In this document: piece by piece, positions 46,633-56,011 of the stretch
Numbering within the stretch: the stretch's first letter is position 1
How the letters are laid out: each line of letters begins with the position of its first letter
Assembly (NCBI GenBank): GCA_031395485.1
Contig: JANNUS010000012.1
Span: forward strand, 149,142 to 213,141
Direction of reading: 5' to 3'
Source of the DNA: Cyclobacteriaceae bacterium
Lineage (GTDB): Bacteria; Bacteroidota; Bacteroidia; Cytophagales; Cyclobacteriaceae
DNA length: 64,000 bases
The notes under the pieces: generated by a model
Databases searched by the model: none
What the model was told of the DNA's origin: nothing
The model's input: only the letters and a program-made list of their open reading frames with translations
Made by a program: the position numbers and the translations under genes

Positions 46633-47220
46633 TCAAGAGCCTTTTTCCATACTCGTGATCAGATTAAATCTGTTCACCTTCTTCTCAATCATGGTGTCGA
46701 TCACTTTCTTTACCACGGGGTAATTGGTGTCCCGATCCCCTTTTATTGCAATGCGTACATTGCGATTTGCCAAACGTGCTTGTAAAACCCAGTCTCCCAG
46801 TTCATTTTGGGCGGAGTCACAAGGTATCCCAGGTTGCTCAACAATTTTACGCTGCTCAGGATTCATCGACAGGAATTGCTTAAGGCTAGCAATAGGTACA
46901 CCAATACTTGACATAATTGCAAACGTTTTGGTCTCTTCAGGAGTAAATGAAAGGCCATAACGCTCACCAATTCTTCCAAGTAAATCTGCCCGTGTATGTT
47001 GGCCGTCTACATTAAAAAATACACGACCGTCCTTCCCAATTGTAATTGTCAACACATTTGTTTCTGGGATTTTTATTTCGGAAACAGATGAAGGTGTATC
47101 GACACTTACTGGTTCATCAGGTATAGCCGTTGCCGTAAGCATAAAGAATGTTACAAGAAGAAAGGCCAAATCCACCATCGGTGTCATATCAATTGGTGGG
47201 GCACTTCTAAGATTTGCCAT
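46633..47220 (-). CDS. exbD: ExbD/TolR-family protein
   Basis: IDMTPMVDLAFLLVTFFML motif. Confidence 0.85.
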   Translation of the reverse strand: MANLRSAPPIDMTPMVDLAFLLVTFFMLTATAIPDEPVSVDTPSSVSEIKIPETNVLTITIGKDGRVFFNVDGQHTRADLLGRIGERYGLSFTPEETKTFAIMSSIGVPIASLKQFLSMNPEQRKIVEQPGIPCDSAQNELGDWVLQARLANRNVRIAIKGDRDTNYPVVKKVIDTMIEKKVNRFNLITSMEKGS

Positions 47221-47239
47221 AGCTCAAATTACGTTATGA

Positions 47240-48052
47240 TTACTCTTTGTTACGAACAGTAAAATTCTGGATAATACTAAAGCTAGTCTCATCAATAGCA
47301 TGCGTAAGGGAGTCAATAGCACTTGTGAAATAGTTATAAAGAATAATAGCAATTGCTGAAGTACCAATACCAAGCGCAGTATTGATTAGCGCCTCAGAGA
47401 TACCGTTTGCTAATCCAACTGAATCGGGAGCACCAGCCGTTGCTAAGGCCGCAAATGCCTTAATCATACCCATAACAGTTCCAAGAAGACCAAGTAGCGT
47501 AGCTACAGAAACTATAGTTGCTAGAATTACAAGATTTCTCTCCAACATAGGCATTTCCAGCTGGGTTGTTTCTTCAATATCCTTTTGAACCAAAAGAACC
47601 TTCTTATCAGGATCTAATGAATTATTTTTTTGGAGTTCGCTAAACTTAACTAATCCAGCCTTTACCACATTGGCAACAGATCCCTTTTGCTTATCACATT
47701 CTGCAATAGCCTGTGCAATGTTATTTGTCGGCAAAAGATGTACAATCTTTTGAACAAACTTATTTACGCTGCCTTTCCCCTTTGCCCGGCTGATGGTTAT
47801 AAATCTTTCTATACCAAAAGTGATAGTCATCATTAACATCGAAATAAGGATTGGCACGATAAAGCCTCCTTTATAAACTACTCCGAAGTAATTTCCCGGT
47901 AATGGGTGATTATCTGGATTACTTCCTTGAAAGTTCTCGGGATTGCCCAATACATACAGGTAGAACAAAATAGCAATGATGATTTCTAACGGTATAACAA
48001 CAGCAGCAAAAACTGACTTCAGGCTATCCGACAAAGAATTTGAAGTTTTCAT
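47240..48052 (-). CDS. exbB: MotA/TolQ/ExbB proton-channel protein
   Basis: Three TM helices and a conserved LATIVSVATLLGLLGTVMGMI region. Confidence 0.85.
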   Translation of the reverse strand: MKTSNSLSDSLKSVFAAVVIPLEIIIAILFYLYVLGNPENFQGSNPDNHPLPGNYFGVVYKGGFIVPILISMLMMTITFGIERFITISRAKGKGSVNKFVQKIVHLLPTNNIAQAIAECDKQKGSVANVVKAGLVKFSELQKNNSLDPDKKVLLVQKDIEETTQLEMPMLERNLVILATIVSVATLLGLLGTVMGMIKAFAALATAGAPDSVGLANGISEALINTALGIGTSAIAIILYNYFTSAIDSLTHAIDETSFSIIQNFTVRNKE

Positions 48053-48389
48053 AATTTGAATTTAGGTGTTAAAGGTTTGTGTAATTGATAAGTTTAATAT
48101 TCGCGACAACAATGATCCCAATAAGTTTGGGCTCTAAACTAATGCGTTTATGACTGTATAACAAAATTTAATCCCGAAAGTGAAAAAAAATAATGGTTAA
48201 CGGTCAAATATTAAGGGCTTTTACTCAATTACATTTGGGAATACATCCCCAATACAAAACTTTATTCTTAAGCCTGATAATAATTCCTTAATGCAAACCC
48301 GCTTAGTAAGACACAGGATTGAGGTAAATAAAACAGAAAATGTACCTAAAGATGTGGTATAAAAGCGTTAAGAACTGATTTATGACGAA

Positions 48390-49028
48390 TTAAGAGGATT
48401 CCTGAGATCCCTTTGCTTGCTTACGCCATAGGGTATACACTGGTACAGCGGTAATGATAATAAGAGCCGGTATGATCAAATCAAGGCTATTAACAATCGA
48501 AGGAAATAATTTACCTAAATAGTAGCCGGACAAGCAAAGGGAGCTAATCCAGATGGTGGCCCCGGTGATATTAAGAATAAAAAATTTCTTCGAGTCAATT
48601 CGAATCAGCCCGGCAACAATGGGAATAAAGGTGCGAACAATTGGAAGAAACCTGCCAAAAATAAAGGCCATCATTCCATGCTTTGTATAGAAATCACGTG
48701 CGATGTCAATGAATTTTCTTCGGTAGAAGAAATTTTCCGGGCGGGTTTTCAAATATGATTCTGCCCATCTTCCGGTTAAATAGCCTACCGTTGAGCCAGC
48801 GACTGCCGCAGTTACAAGCAATATGACAAGTACAAAAATAGGAACATCAATGTATTTGCTATTCGCCAACAGACCTGCCGTAAAAACTACCGAATCTCCT
48901 GGCAGGAAGAACCCAAAAAAAATACCGGTCTCTATAAATATAATAGCCAGGAGAATAGATAGCCCACCCCATTGAATAATGGCTTCTGGATTAAACAAGT
49001 CGATGAATAAAAGTATCTCTTCAAACAT
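48390..49028 (-). CDS. DedA-family (VTT domain) membrane protein
   Basis: FFLPGDSVVFTAGLLA and GRFLPIVRTFIP motifs. Confidence 0.85.
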   Translation of the reverse strand: MFEEILLFIDLFNPEAIIQWGGLSILLAIIFIETGIFFGFFLPGDSVVFTAGLLANSKYIDVPIFVLVILLVTAAVAGSTVGYLTGRWAESYLKTRPENFFYRRKFIDIARDFYTKHGMMAFIFGRFLPIVRTFIPIVAGLIRIDSKKFFILNITGATIWISSLCLSGYYLGKLFPSIVNSLDLIIPALIIITAVPVYTLWRKQAKGSQESS

Positions 49029-49139
49029 ACTCTACAAGAATACCAGCAAAGGCAATGCTTTATAATCGAAAAAGGTAATGATGTACGAATTAATATTTGA
49101 AGTGCAAAAAAAAATATCGAATGACGGTTTTATATGAAG

Positions 49140-49601
49140 TCACTTTTGCTTCAGAAACAGATAATCAACGTACTTACCATTGCCTGAAATCTGAGCCTTA
49201 AGCTGTACGCCATCAAACGTATATTCTATTTTTTTTGGAAAGTCATGCTCTGAGTTTTCACAGATAAATCCCAAATCATTTATTTCAGTGACTTTAAAAT
49301 AAACGACTTGCTTATTTTCTGGAACATCAGCTACATAATAAATGGCATTGTCTTTAGCTAAAATACAAAACCGCTCTTTAAAAATAGTGTCCCGACCCTG
49401 CAATACTCCTCCGTGACCAGTAAACATTCCGTTCTCTTTTTTGCTCCATAGCTCGTATGCAGTCCTCCCGGATTTTGAAATATTAGTTCTATTCCAGCTC
49501 CCTGTTAGCCATTCAAATTTTTTTAAGTCTATATTGACGTCACCTTGGCTAAAGCAAGTGATTGATAGGGTTGTCAAGGTGGCTAGAAGTATGTATCCCA
49601 T
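49140..49601 (-). CDS. Secreted hypothetical protein (lipocalin-like?)
   Basis: Signal peptide. WLTGSWN and EHDFPKKIEY motifs are reminiscent of a conserved Bacteroidota DUF. Not verified. Confidence 0.4.
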   Translation of the reverse strand: MGYILLATLTTLSITCFSQGDVNIDLKKFEWLTGSWNRTNISKSGRTAYELWSKKENGMFTGHGGVLQGRDTIFKERFCILAKDNAIYYVADVPENKQVVYFKVTEINDLGFICENSEHDFPKKIEYTFDGVQLKAQISGNGKYVDYLFLKQK

Positions 49602-49700
49602 AAATTTTTCGAAATGCTTCGCGACTCATTTGAATTACTAGGTAAAATGAAGTGGGTCAGCTGAGGACTTTACCTGTGAAATTCGCTAGAGTATTGTTTA

Positions 49701-49732
49701 GTATTTCACCCCGACAACCCGGGGTGAAATAC
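49701..49732. terminator. 12-bp-stem hairpin GTATTTCACCCC-N8-GGGGTGAAATAC
   Basis: Perfect inverted repeat 14 nt downstream (minus strand) of the small basic ORF. No clear T-run. Confidence 0.4.
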
Positions 49733-49745
49733 TTGGAAGAAATCA

Positions 49746-49841
49746 CTAGCCTTTTTTAGCTCGTTTTTCCGCTCTTTTCTCTTTCAGTGTTTTTTTCGGT
49801 GCTTTCTTAGTTTCCTTCCGTGCGTCTTGTGCTTTTGCCAT
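49746..49841 (-). CDS. Small lysine-rich ORF (31 aa; below the ORF-track cutoff)
   Basis: My translation is MAKAQDARKETKKAPKKTLKEKRAEKRAKKG. It sits in a 287-nt gap and is followed by a strong hairpin. Confidence 0.35.
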   Translation of the reverse strand: MAKAQDARKETKKAPKKTLKEKRAEKRAKKG

Positions 49842-49888
49842 AAAATTTAGAATTTAAGATTCTCTTAAAATAAATAAAAAGTATTCAA

Positions 49889-52192
49889 TCAAGCAATTGC
49901 AATGGGTGCAGCAAGGCAACTATCGGGAATTTTAAACGAGTTCACTAGGGGCACAGCCTCCTGACGAACATCCCAGCAAAGTTGGTTTACTAATTTCCGA
50001 ATAGCTTTTGTCTTTACGCCTTCCATATAGCCCTGCTCCAAATACCATCCCTTATTCTCATCAATTTGCGACAGCGCAAATAGATCGCAAAGCTTTTTCA
50101 ATACAGCTTTACATCCTACGTCTTTGGTGTTATTTACTTGCAAAATAAATTGTTCGAGAATTATACGTTCAATGTAGGCAAGCCCAACCTGTACAAGATG
50201 ATGCTGGCAAACATTAAAAGCGTCAAAGGAATCCATACCCTCATCGATATGTCTTTTTAATCGCTTAGCGGAAGAAGTAAGAATGTCTCGTTCGCGATAT
50301 TTAAAAGCGTTTAACTGAAATTCAGGATCAAGCAGATGGTCTTCATCTGTATTGCGAATTATGATGGGATTCAATTCCGATAGGGAAGTCTTAGCCTGAT
50401 CTGCTACATAATTTAAAATCGAAAATACATTCATGTTACTAAACTCTTGTTTAAATTCAGTAAGCCTGCTTTTTGCTACAAGTTGCATAAGAACGGTATT
50501 ATCACCTTCAAACGTGGTATAGATATCGCTATCGTTTTTCAATGCATCAATCCGATTTTCAGATAGGTATCCCTTGCCACCACAACATTCACGGCACTCC
50601 TGAAGTGTGGAGGTAGTATACCAGGTTGTGACGGATTTAAGTCCGGCTGCCAAAGCTTCAATTTCTTGCATCTCCTCTTCCTTACGTTTCAAAAATCGAT
50701 CGGTTAAATATTGAAGCGAAAAGTGCAACGCATAAGCCTTTGCGAGCCTTGGCATTAGCCTCCTTTGATGTGTTCTGTAGTTCAAGATTGGTACTTCGGC
50801 CCCAGCCTCGGGTCCAAATTGCCTTCGCTGATCGCCATAACGGATGGCAATGGTTAATCCAGATTTTGAAGCCGATAAACCGGATCGTGGAATGCCAATG
50901 CGCCCACCCACCAATGTACCTAGCATGGTGAAGAACCTTCGGTTGTCGCTTGATATGGGGCTTTCAAATTTTCCGTCATCACTTACACCAGCAAACTTAT
51001 CGAGCATATTTTCTATCGGAATCACAACATTATTAAAATATATCACACCATTATCTACTCCGTTAAGCCCCATTTTTCTTCCGCAATCTTTTATAGTAAC
51101 GCCTTTCAGTGCATGGCCACTCGTATCACGAAGGGGCACTACAAATGCGCTAACACCATAATCCGTACCATCTAAAATTAATTTAGCAAACACCGTTGCC
51201 ATTTGTCCGTGTCGTGCTGCATTTCCGATATACTCTTTCCTCGCATATTCAGAAGGCGTATGAATCACAAACGCTTTCGCTGAATGATTGTACGTAGCCG
51301 TGGTTTCAATCCCTTTTACATTTGACCCATGATTTGTCTCTGTCATAGCAAAACAGCCTGGTATTTCCAGTGCGCCAATACCTCTTAAATATTTTTTATG
51401 ATGCTTTTCTGTTCCAAGAAAGTATACACTCATACCCCATAAGCCGAATTGTACACCAAATTTTATAACAAGACTTAAGTCGTGATAGCTGAGTGCTTCC
51501 ATAATGGCGAAGTAGGCAGCCATATCTCCTTTACCACCATATTCCGTAGGATAGGCAATTGCTCCGAAGCCTTGATCTGCAAGATGATGACACCACTGTA
51601 ACACTTTTTCACGATATATGTCAAGATTACCAGAATCAATATACTTGAATTCCGGATCGGAGATAATGGTTTTAACTTTTCGGATGGTTTCTGCATTTAC
51701 GCCATCCAGAAGTTTTGCCATTACATCAATATCAAATGTTTTCTGCGTGGCCTGCTCAGAAGTAATTGTTTTACGGCCGCCAGACTGAAACACAAACACG
51801 GCCTCTTGACTGATGAGCCCCAAGGAAGTTTCAATACCAATGAGGGATGGTATGGCATTGGTTACTGCTTCGCTAACCTTACCGTTGCCATTTAAGGTTG
51901 CTAGCTTGACACCTAAATCGATGAGGCTACTTTTATCTTCAGCGGTGCCTGCAACTTTGCTGATAGCCTCTCGCCACTGTATTAATTCATCAGGTGATGG
52001 GGGAGAGGCAGGGTCAATTTGTGATAGTAGAAATTTCCGTTCATGTTCCGTCAGCCATCCCTGACTATTTATTAATCCTTCAATTGCCGCAATCTCACTT
52101 GGTGTAAGCACTGCATCGTACCACACTGTGTAAAAGAGCGGAAGAAAGATATATAGTGATGAATTATCTTTTAACTGTTTTGAGTCAAGCAT
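49889..52192 (-). CDS. Acyl-CoA oxidase/dehydrogenase-family protein (long, ACOX-like)
   Basis: CFAMTETNHGSNVKG, TFEGDNTVL and CGGKGY motifs. 767 aa with an N-terminal extension. Confidence 0.8.
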   Translation of the reverse strand: MLDSKQLKDNSSLYIFLPLFYTVWYDAVLTPSEIAAIEGLINSQGWLTEHERKFLLSQIDPASPPSPDELIQWREAISKVAGTAEDKSSLIDLGVKLATLNGNGKVSEAVTNAIPSLIGIETSLGLISQEAVFVFQSGGRKTITSEQATQKTFDIDVMAKLLDGVNAETIRKVKTIISDPEFKYIDSGNLDIYREKVLQWCHHLADQGFGAIAYPTEYGGKGDMAAYFAIMEALSYHDLSLVIKFGVQFGLWGMSVYFLGTEKHHKKYLRGIGALEIPGCFAMTETNHGSNVKGIETTATYNHSAKAFVIHTPSEYARKEYIGNAARHGQMATVFAKLILDGTDYGVSAFVVPLRDTSGHALKGVTIKDCGRKMGLNGVDNGVIYFNNVVIPIENMLDKFAGVSDDGKFESPISSDNRRFFTMLGTLVGGRIGIPRSGLSASKSGLTIAIRYGDQRRQFGPEAGAEVPILNYRTHQRRLMPRLAKAYALHFSLQYLTDRFLKRKEEEMQEIEALAAGLKSVTTWYTTSTLQECRECCGGKGYLSENRIDALKNDSDIYTTFEGDNTVLMQLVAKSRLTEFKQEFSNMNVFSILNYVADQAKTSLSELNPIIIRNTDEDHLLDPEFQLNAFKYRERDILTSSAKRLKRHIDEGMDSFDAFNVCQHHLVQVGLAYIERIILEQFILQVNNTKDVGCKAVLKKLCDLFALSQIDENKGWYLEQGYMEGVKTKAIRKLVNQLCWDVRQEAVPLVNSFKIPDSCLAAPIAIA

Positions 52193-52289
52193 ACCAAGAG
52201 GGGTTGAACTAAGTAAAATTACAAAGGATTAGACTAATCTTGATTGGTATTATTCAACCAGAACACATGGTTTCAAGGTTGTATATACC

Positions 52290-53990
52290 TCAATCCTGTT
52301 TATATATTATTTTCCCATCAAAGATTGTCATTACCACTTGCGTTTCATGCGTTTTCATGGGATCGATGGTGAACAGGTCTTGAGAGAAAACTATGATATC
52401 CGCTAAAAATCCTACTGCTATTCGCCCTTTACTATTTTCGTCAAAGGAAGAATATGCACCCAAATGGGTATAGGCCAAAAGAGCATCTTCAATTTTTATC
52501 TTTTGCTCAGCCACCCAGCCCGACTCAGGCTGCCCTGTAGTGGTACGTCTTGTTACGGCTGTATGTAAGCCTCGAATAGGATTAAGGCTTACACACGCAG
52601 GCCAGTCACTGCTATAAACAAGAGTTGCATTGTTTTTTAAAAGTGATGCCCATGCAAAAGAATTGGGTAATCGGTTTTCACCAACAGCACTTGCCCACAC
52701 GGCCGTTGTACCGGGCTCTGCATGAATAGGCTCCATAGAGGCCAGTACTCCAATCTTTTTAAAACGAGGCATATCAGCTGAAGAAATCATCTCTATATGC
52801 TCAATTCGATGGCGTCTATCAGTGGTTCTATTGACATCTTGTGCAACCTCATATGCGTTTAAAGACTCCCGAACTGCCAAGTCACCAATAGCATGTGTAT
52901 AAATTTGAAATCCTAATTTATCAAAAGTAGTAACGAGCTCTTGATAGCGATCGAGTGGCAATCCTAATTCACCTTTTGGTAGAAGTTCATTTTCAGAAAC
53001 ATCACTGTACGGTTCAAGCATAGCTCCTGTATGGGATTCGATAACTCCATCGAGCATAAATTTCACTGCACTTGCTCGGATCATTGCACTCTTCCCAATT
53101 CGGTTTTTAATTTTCGTAAAAGATTCAATGTCGGTTGTTGTAGTGTGGCTTCCAACCGAAAATGCAGTTGAAGCTCGCACGGTTAATTCACCTTTACTAA
53201 GCAATTCTTCATACAATTGAAATTCCTCTGCCGATCCACTTGCATTTTGAAGACTGGTTATGCCAAGTGACGCGGCTAACTTCATTCCCATCCGTATCGC
53301 ATCGAGTTTCTCAGCTTGTGTTGGTGGTGGAACAAGTATACCGACTAATCCTTGCGCGCCTTCTTTTAATGCCCCGGTTGGCTCACCGTCTGAGTCGTGA
53401 ACAATCTCTCCAAACCCATTAAATTTAGTATTGCGATTTATATTGGCTAGCTCCAATGCTTTACTATTCACCCAAGCACTGTGACCGTCATAAGCCTTAA
53501 TAAAAATAGGCCGATCGCGAATCACCGCATCAAGCGAATGCTTTGTTGGAAGCCCACCTGGGAATTGAGTGTATTGCCAACCTCTGCCCGTGATCCACTT
53601 TTTTTCAGGATTATTACGGGCATATTCTTCAATTCGAGATGTCATGTCCTCAATTGTAGTTGCTCCCGTAAGGTCAACTTCCGATAAGCCCAAGGATCCA
53701 CTGAGGAAGTGAATATGGGCATCGTTGAAACCAGCGGTAACAAGTTTCCCTTCAAGGTCAATAACATTTGTATCTTTTCCAGCTAGTTTTTCTATTGCAA
53801 CAGATGTTCCGATCTGTACTATCTTATTTCCAGAAACAGCAAGTGCTTCTTTAAATGTAGATTTATCAGAGCCTGTCCAAATTTTACCGTTAATTAGTAT
53901 AAGGTCAGGATGAGCTTTTGTTTGAGAAGAAACCTGAAAAGAAAAAATGACAAGGAAAATTCCAATAAATGAAAATGCGTTGAACTTCAT
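52290..53990 (-). CDS. Secreted amidohydrolase-family metallohydrolase (YtcJ / Amidohydro_3-like)
   Basis: Signal peptide. NDAHIHF (HxH), internal H.IGD, and C-terminal SDWP motifs. Confidence 0.8.
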   Translation of the reverse strand: MKFNAFSFIGIFLVIFSFQVSSQTKAHPDLILINGKIWTGSDKSTFKEALAVSGNKIVQIGTSVAIEKLAGKDTNVIDLEGKLVTAGFNDAHIHFLSGSLGLSEVDLTGATTIEDMTSRIEEYARNNPEKKWITGRGWQYTQFPGGLPTKHSLDAVIRDRPIFIKAYDGHSAWVNSKALELANINRNTKFNGFGEIVHDSDGEPTGALKEGAQGLVGILVPPPTQAEKLDAIRMGMKLAASLGITSLQNASGSAEEFQLYEELLSKGELTVRASTAFSVGSHTTTTDIESFTKIKNRIGKSAMIRASAVKFMLDGVIESHTGAMLEPYSDVSENELLPKGELGLPLDRYQELVTTFDKLGFQIYTHAIGDLAVRESLNAYEVAQDVNRTTDRRHRIEHIEMISSADMPRFKKIGVLASMEPIHAEPGTTAVWASAVGENRLPNSFAWASLLKNNATLVYSSDWPACVSLNPIRGLHTAVTRRTTTGQPESGWVAEQKIKIEDALLAYTHLGAYSSFDENSKGRIAVGFLADIIVFSQDLFTIDPMKTHETQVVMTIFDGKIIYKQD

Positions 53991-54095
53991 GGCAATTGTT
54001 TTTTGACAATTTAAGAAGTTTTACGAACGAAATATGATGGACAAGTCGTAATAGGATACTAAACATTTACCGCGCAAACTTGAGTTTTATAATTT

Positions 54096-55391
54096 CTACC
54101 GCAGGGTGAACCAGTATACACCCCGAACGCCAAGAAAATTAGCATTGATTCTCTCAATTCCCTTTTCGCCAAGCCCGTGTTGATAGAAAATTGATGTCTC
54201 CAGAATCTCGCTATTTTTTAACCGTTTACTCACACCGAGCGTGATGTTGAATGAGCCAGCGTAGAATGATGCGGTGTTCGATTCATACTCTGAGCCTAGG
54301 GTAAAGGTATCGCCCGCTAACGGATACGCATAGCTATACTCGAAAATCTGATGACGGTACATTAATGATGAATAGCCAACACTACCCAAGAGGTGCGCCG
54401 TTAAGGAAAATGGATATCGATACTTAAGTGCTATGGGTAATTCAAACATCCAAGAATCTATCTCCGCTGACTGAAGCGTGCCCAGGCTTTCATCAACATC
54501 GGGCAATGGTAATTTCATTAATACCGCATTATCAGAGATATCATAGTAACGTTTAGAATATTTTATACCTGTCTCGATCGAAAAGGATGGAGATAAAATA
54601 AAATCACCCAACATCCCGTACGTTAGCGCAATGGATCCTTGCTTGCCCTCAGAATAATATCCTTTTGCAAGTTCAACGGTAGGTCCTATGCGAATTCCAA
54701 TGCCTTGCTGATAGTGTTTTTCAAGATCACGAATTGTATTTGCAGAAAGTTTTTTTGCATTGTACTGTGCATCGAATGTCGAATTGTCCGGTACAGCATG
54801 GAAACTCTCTCTGTCAAATTCTCTAGGAATAAGTCGCTTAGAGAAGGATCGTTGATAAACTGACACTAGGGGGTTTACTTGATTACCATTAAATTTAAAA
54901 TACTCAAAGTTGTCGTTTACTACAGGCGTACTTTCGCTTCCGGAATCAAGTACAATGATTTCTTTTCTTGCAGCCTCTCGCTCTAATAATTTAATACGAT
55001 ACAACAATGATGTGTAAGTAGATGAGGGTTGCTCTCTAATTTCAATAATTCGAATTGTATCGGGTGATGTACTTTTTAGAAATGAAATCTCACTCTGCAG
55101 CTTACTAATTTCTTGCTGTTGAGTGTTAAGTGCTATTATTTTTTCGTTTAATATTTCTGTAGTGTTATTGCTCATAAACCACTGGCTCAGTATTATAATC
55201 AAGGTGCTCAATGCTATACCCGAACCTACCAACAACTCAGTTCTGTAAAGCGAATACCAGGGTATGCTCGAAACGGCACCCAGTTGGTGGTGCAACGTTG
55301 CCAGAGCCGTTGGATCAAACCCCGGGTATTCGTAGTCACCTACTTTATTTTTTATGCTATCGTCAAACCGTTGGTCATCCATTCTGTTCAT
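54096..55391 (-). CDS. Anti-sigma-like membrane protein with a C-terminal beta-barrel-like domain
   Basis: It overlaps the upstream ECF sigma gene by 17 nt. Single TM (LLVGSGIALSTLIIILSQWFM), coiled coil (QQQEISKLQSEISFLK), and a C-terminal ~200 aa of alternating aromatic/Gly strands ending YWFTLR. Confidence 0.55.
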   Translation of the reverse strand: MNRMDDQRFDDSIKNKVGDYEYPGFDPTALATLHHQLGAVSSIPWYSLYRTELLVGSGIALSTLIIILSQWFMSNNTTEILNEKIIALNTQQQEISKLQSEISFLKSTSPDTIRIIEIREQPSSTYTSLLYRIKLLEREAARKEIIVLDSGSESTPVVNDNFEYFKFNGNQVNPLVSVYQRSFSKRLIPREFDRESFHAVPDNSTFDAQYNAKKLSANTIRDLEKHYQQGIGIRIGPTVELAKGYYSEGKQGSIALTYGMLGDFILSPSFSIETGIKYSKRYYDISDNAVLMKLPLPDVDESLGTLQSAEIDSWMFELPIALKYRYPFSLTAHLLGSVGYSSLMYRHQIFEYSYAYPLAGDTFTLGSEYESNTASFYAGSFNITLGVSKRLKNSEILETSIFYQHGLGEKGIERINANFLGVRGVYWFTLR

Positions 55392-55941
55392 TCTTTATCC
55401 GATCACCATAATCACCTAACAATATTTTTTGCAATTTATTTCTTGATACTGAAAGATTAGATTTTGAAGTGCCTACACTTATATTCAGTATGTTGGCAAT
55501 TTCCTCATGCTTGTATCCCTCTATTGCAAACAGGTTAAACACCATCCGGTAGGATGGAGGAAGGCGTTGAATTGCTGCAATAATCTCTTGTTGCGATAAC
55601 TGATCTAGTACATTTTCATTCGTTGATTCATAGTGCGCATGTGAAATATCTAATGCATGATAGTGTTTCTCATTTCTCCTAAAATAATCGATCGCGGAGT
55701 TAATCATAACCTTTCGTAACCAGCCTTTAAATGAGAGGCCTTGAGAGTACTTATCAAGCTTAGTAAAGATTTTAAGAAACCCATCATTCAAAATCTCTAT
55801 TGCTTCATCCCGTGTTCTGGAATAGCGAAGGCAAACTCCCATTGAATACCCATAGTAATCCTTATACAGCCTGTCTTGGCTATTCCGATTCCCCTTTTTA
55901 CAGGAATCCAGCAGTTGGTATAGTTCTTTGTCGCTAATTGA
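55375..55941 (-). CDS. ECF-type RNA polymerase sigma factor; N-terminus unresolved (no canonical start; in-frame TAG just upstream)
   Basis: Region 2/4 motifs EILNDGFLKIF, WLRKVMINSAIDYFRR, LPPSYRMVFNLFAIEGYKHEEIA. The frame upstream of the listed Met (55842) encodes SISDKELYQLLDSCKKGNRNSQDRLYKDYYGYS, which is clearly sigma region 2. That stretch has no ATG/GTG/TTG back to a TAG at 55942-55944. Confidence 0.75.
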   Translation of the reverse strand, partial: SISDKELYQLLDSCKKGNRNSQDRLYKDYYGYSMGVCLRYSRTRDEAIEILNDGFLKIFTKLDKYSQGLSFKGWLRKVMINSAIDYFRRNEKHYHALDISHAHYESTNENVLDQLSQQEIIAAIQRLPPSYRMVFNLFAIEGYKHEEIANILNISVGTSKSNLSVSRNKLQKILLGDYGDRIKNEQNG

Positions 55942-56011
55942 CTAAATATTCATTCACTAAAGATAGCACGCAATTTTTGGTGAAAGGGTTGGTTTAGCTT
56001 GAGTCATTCCT

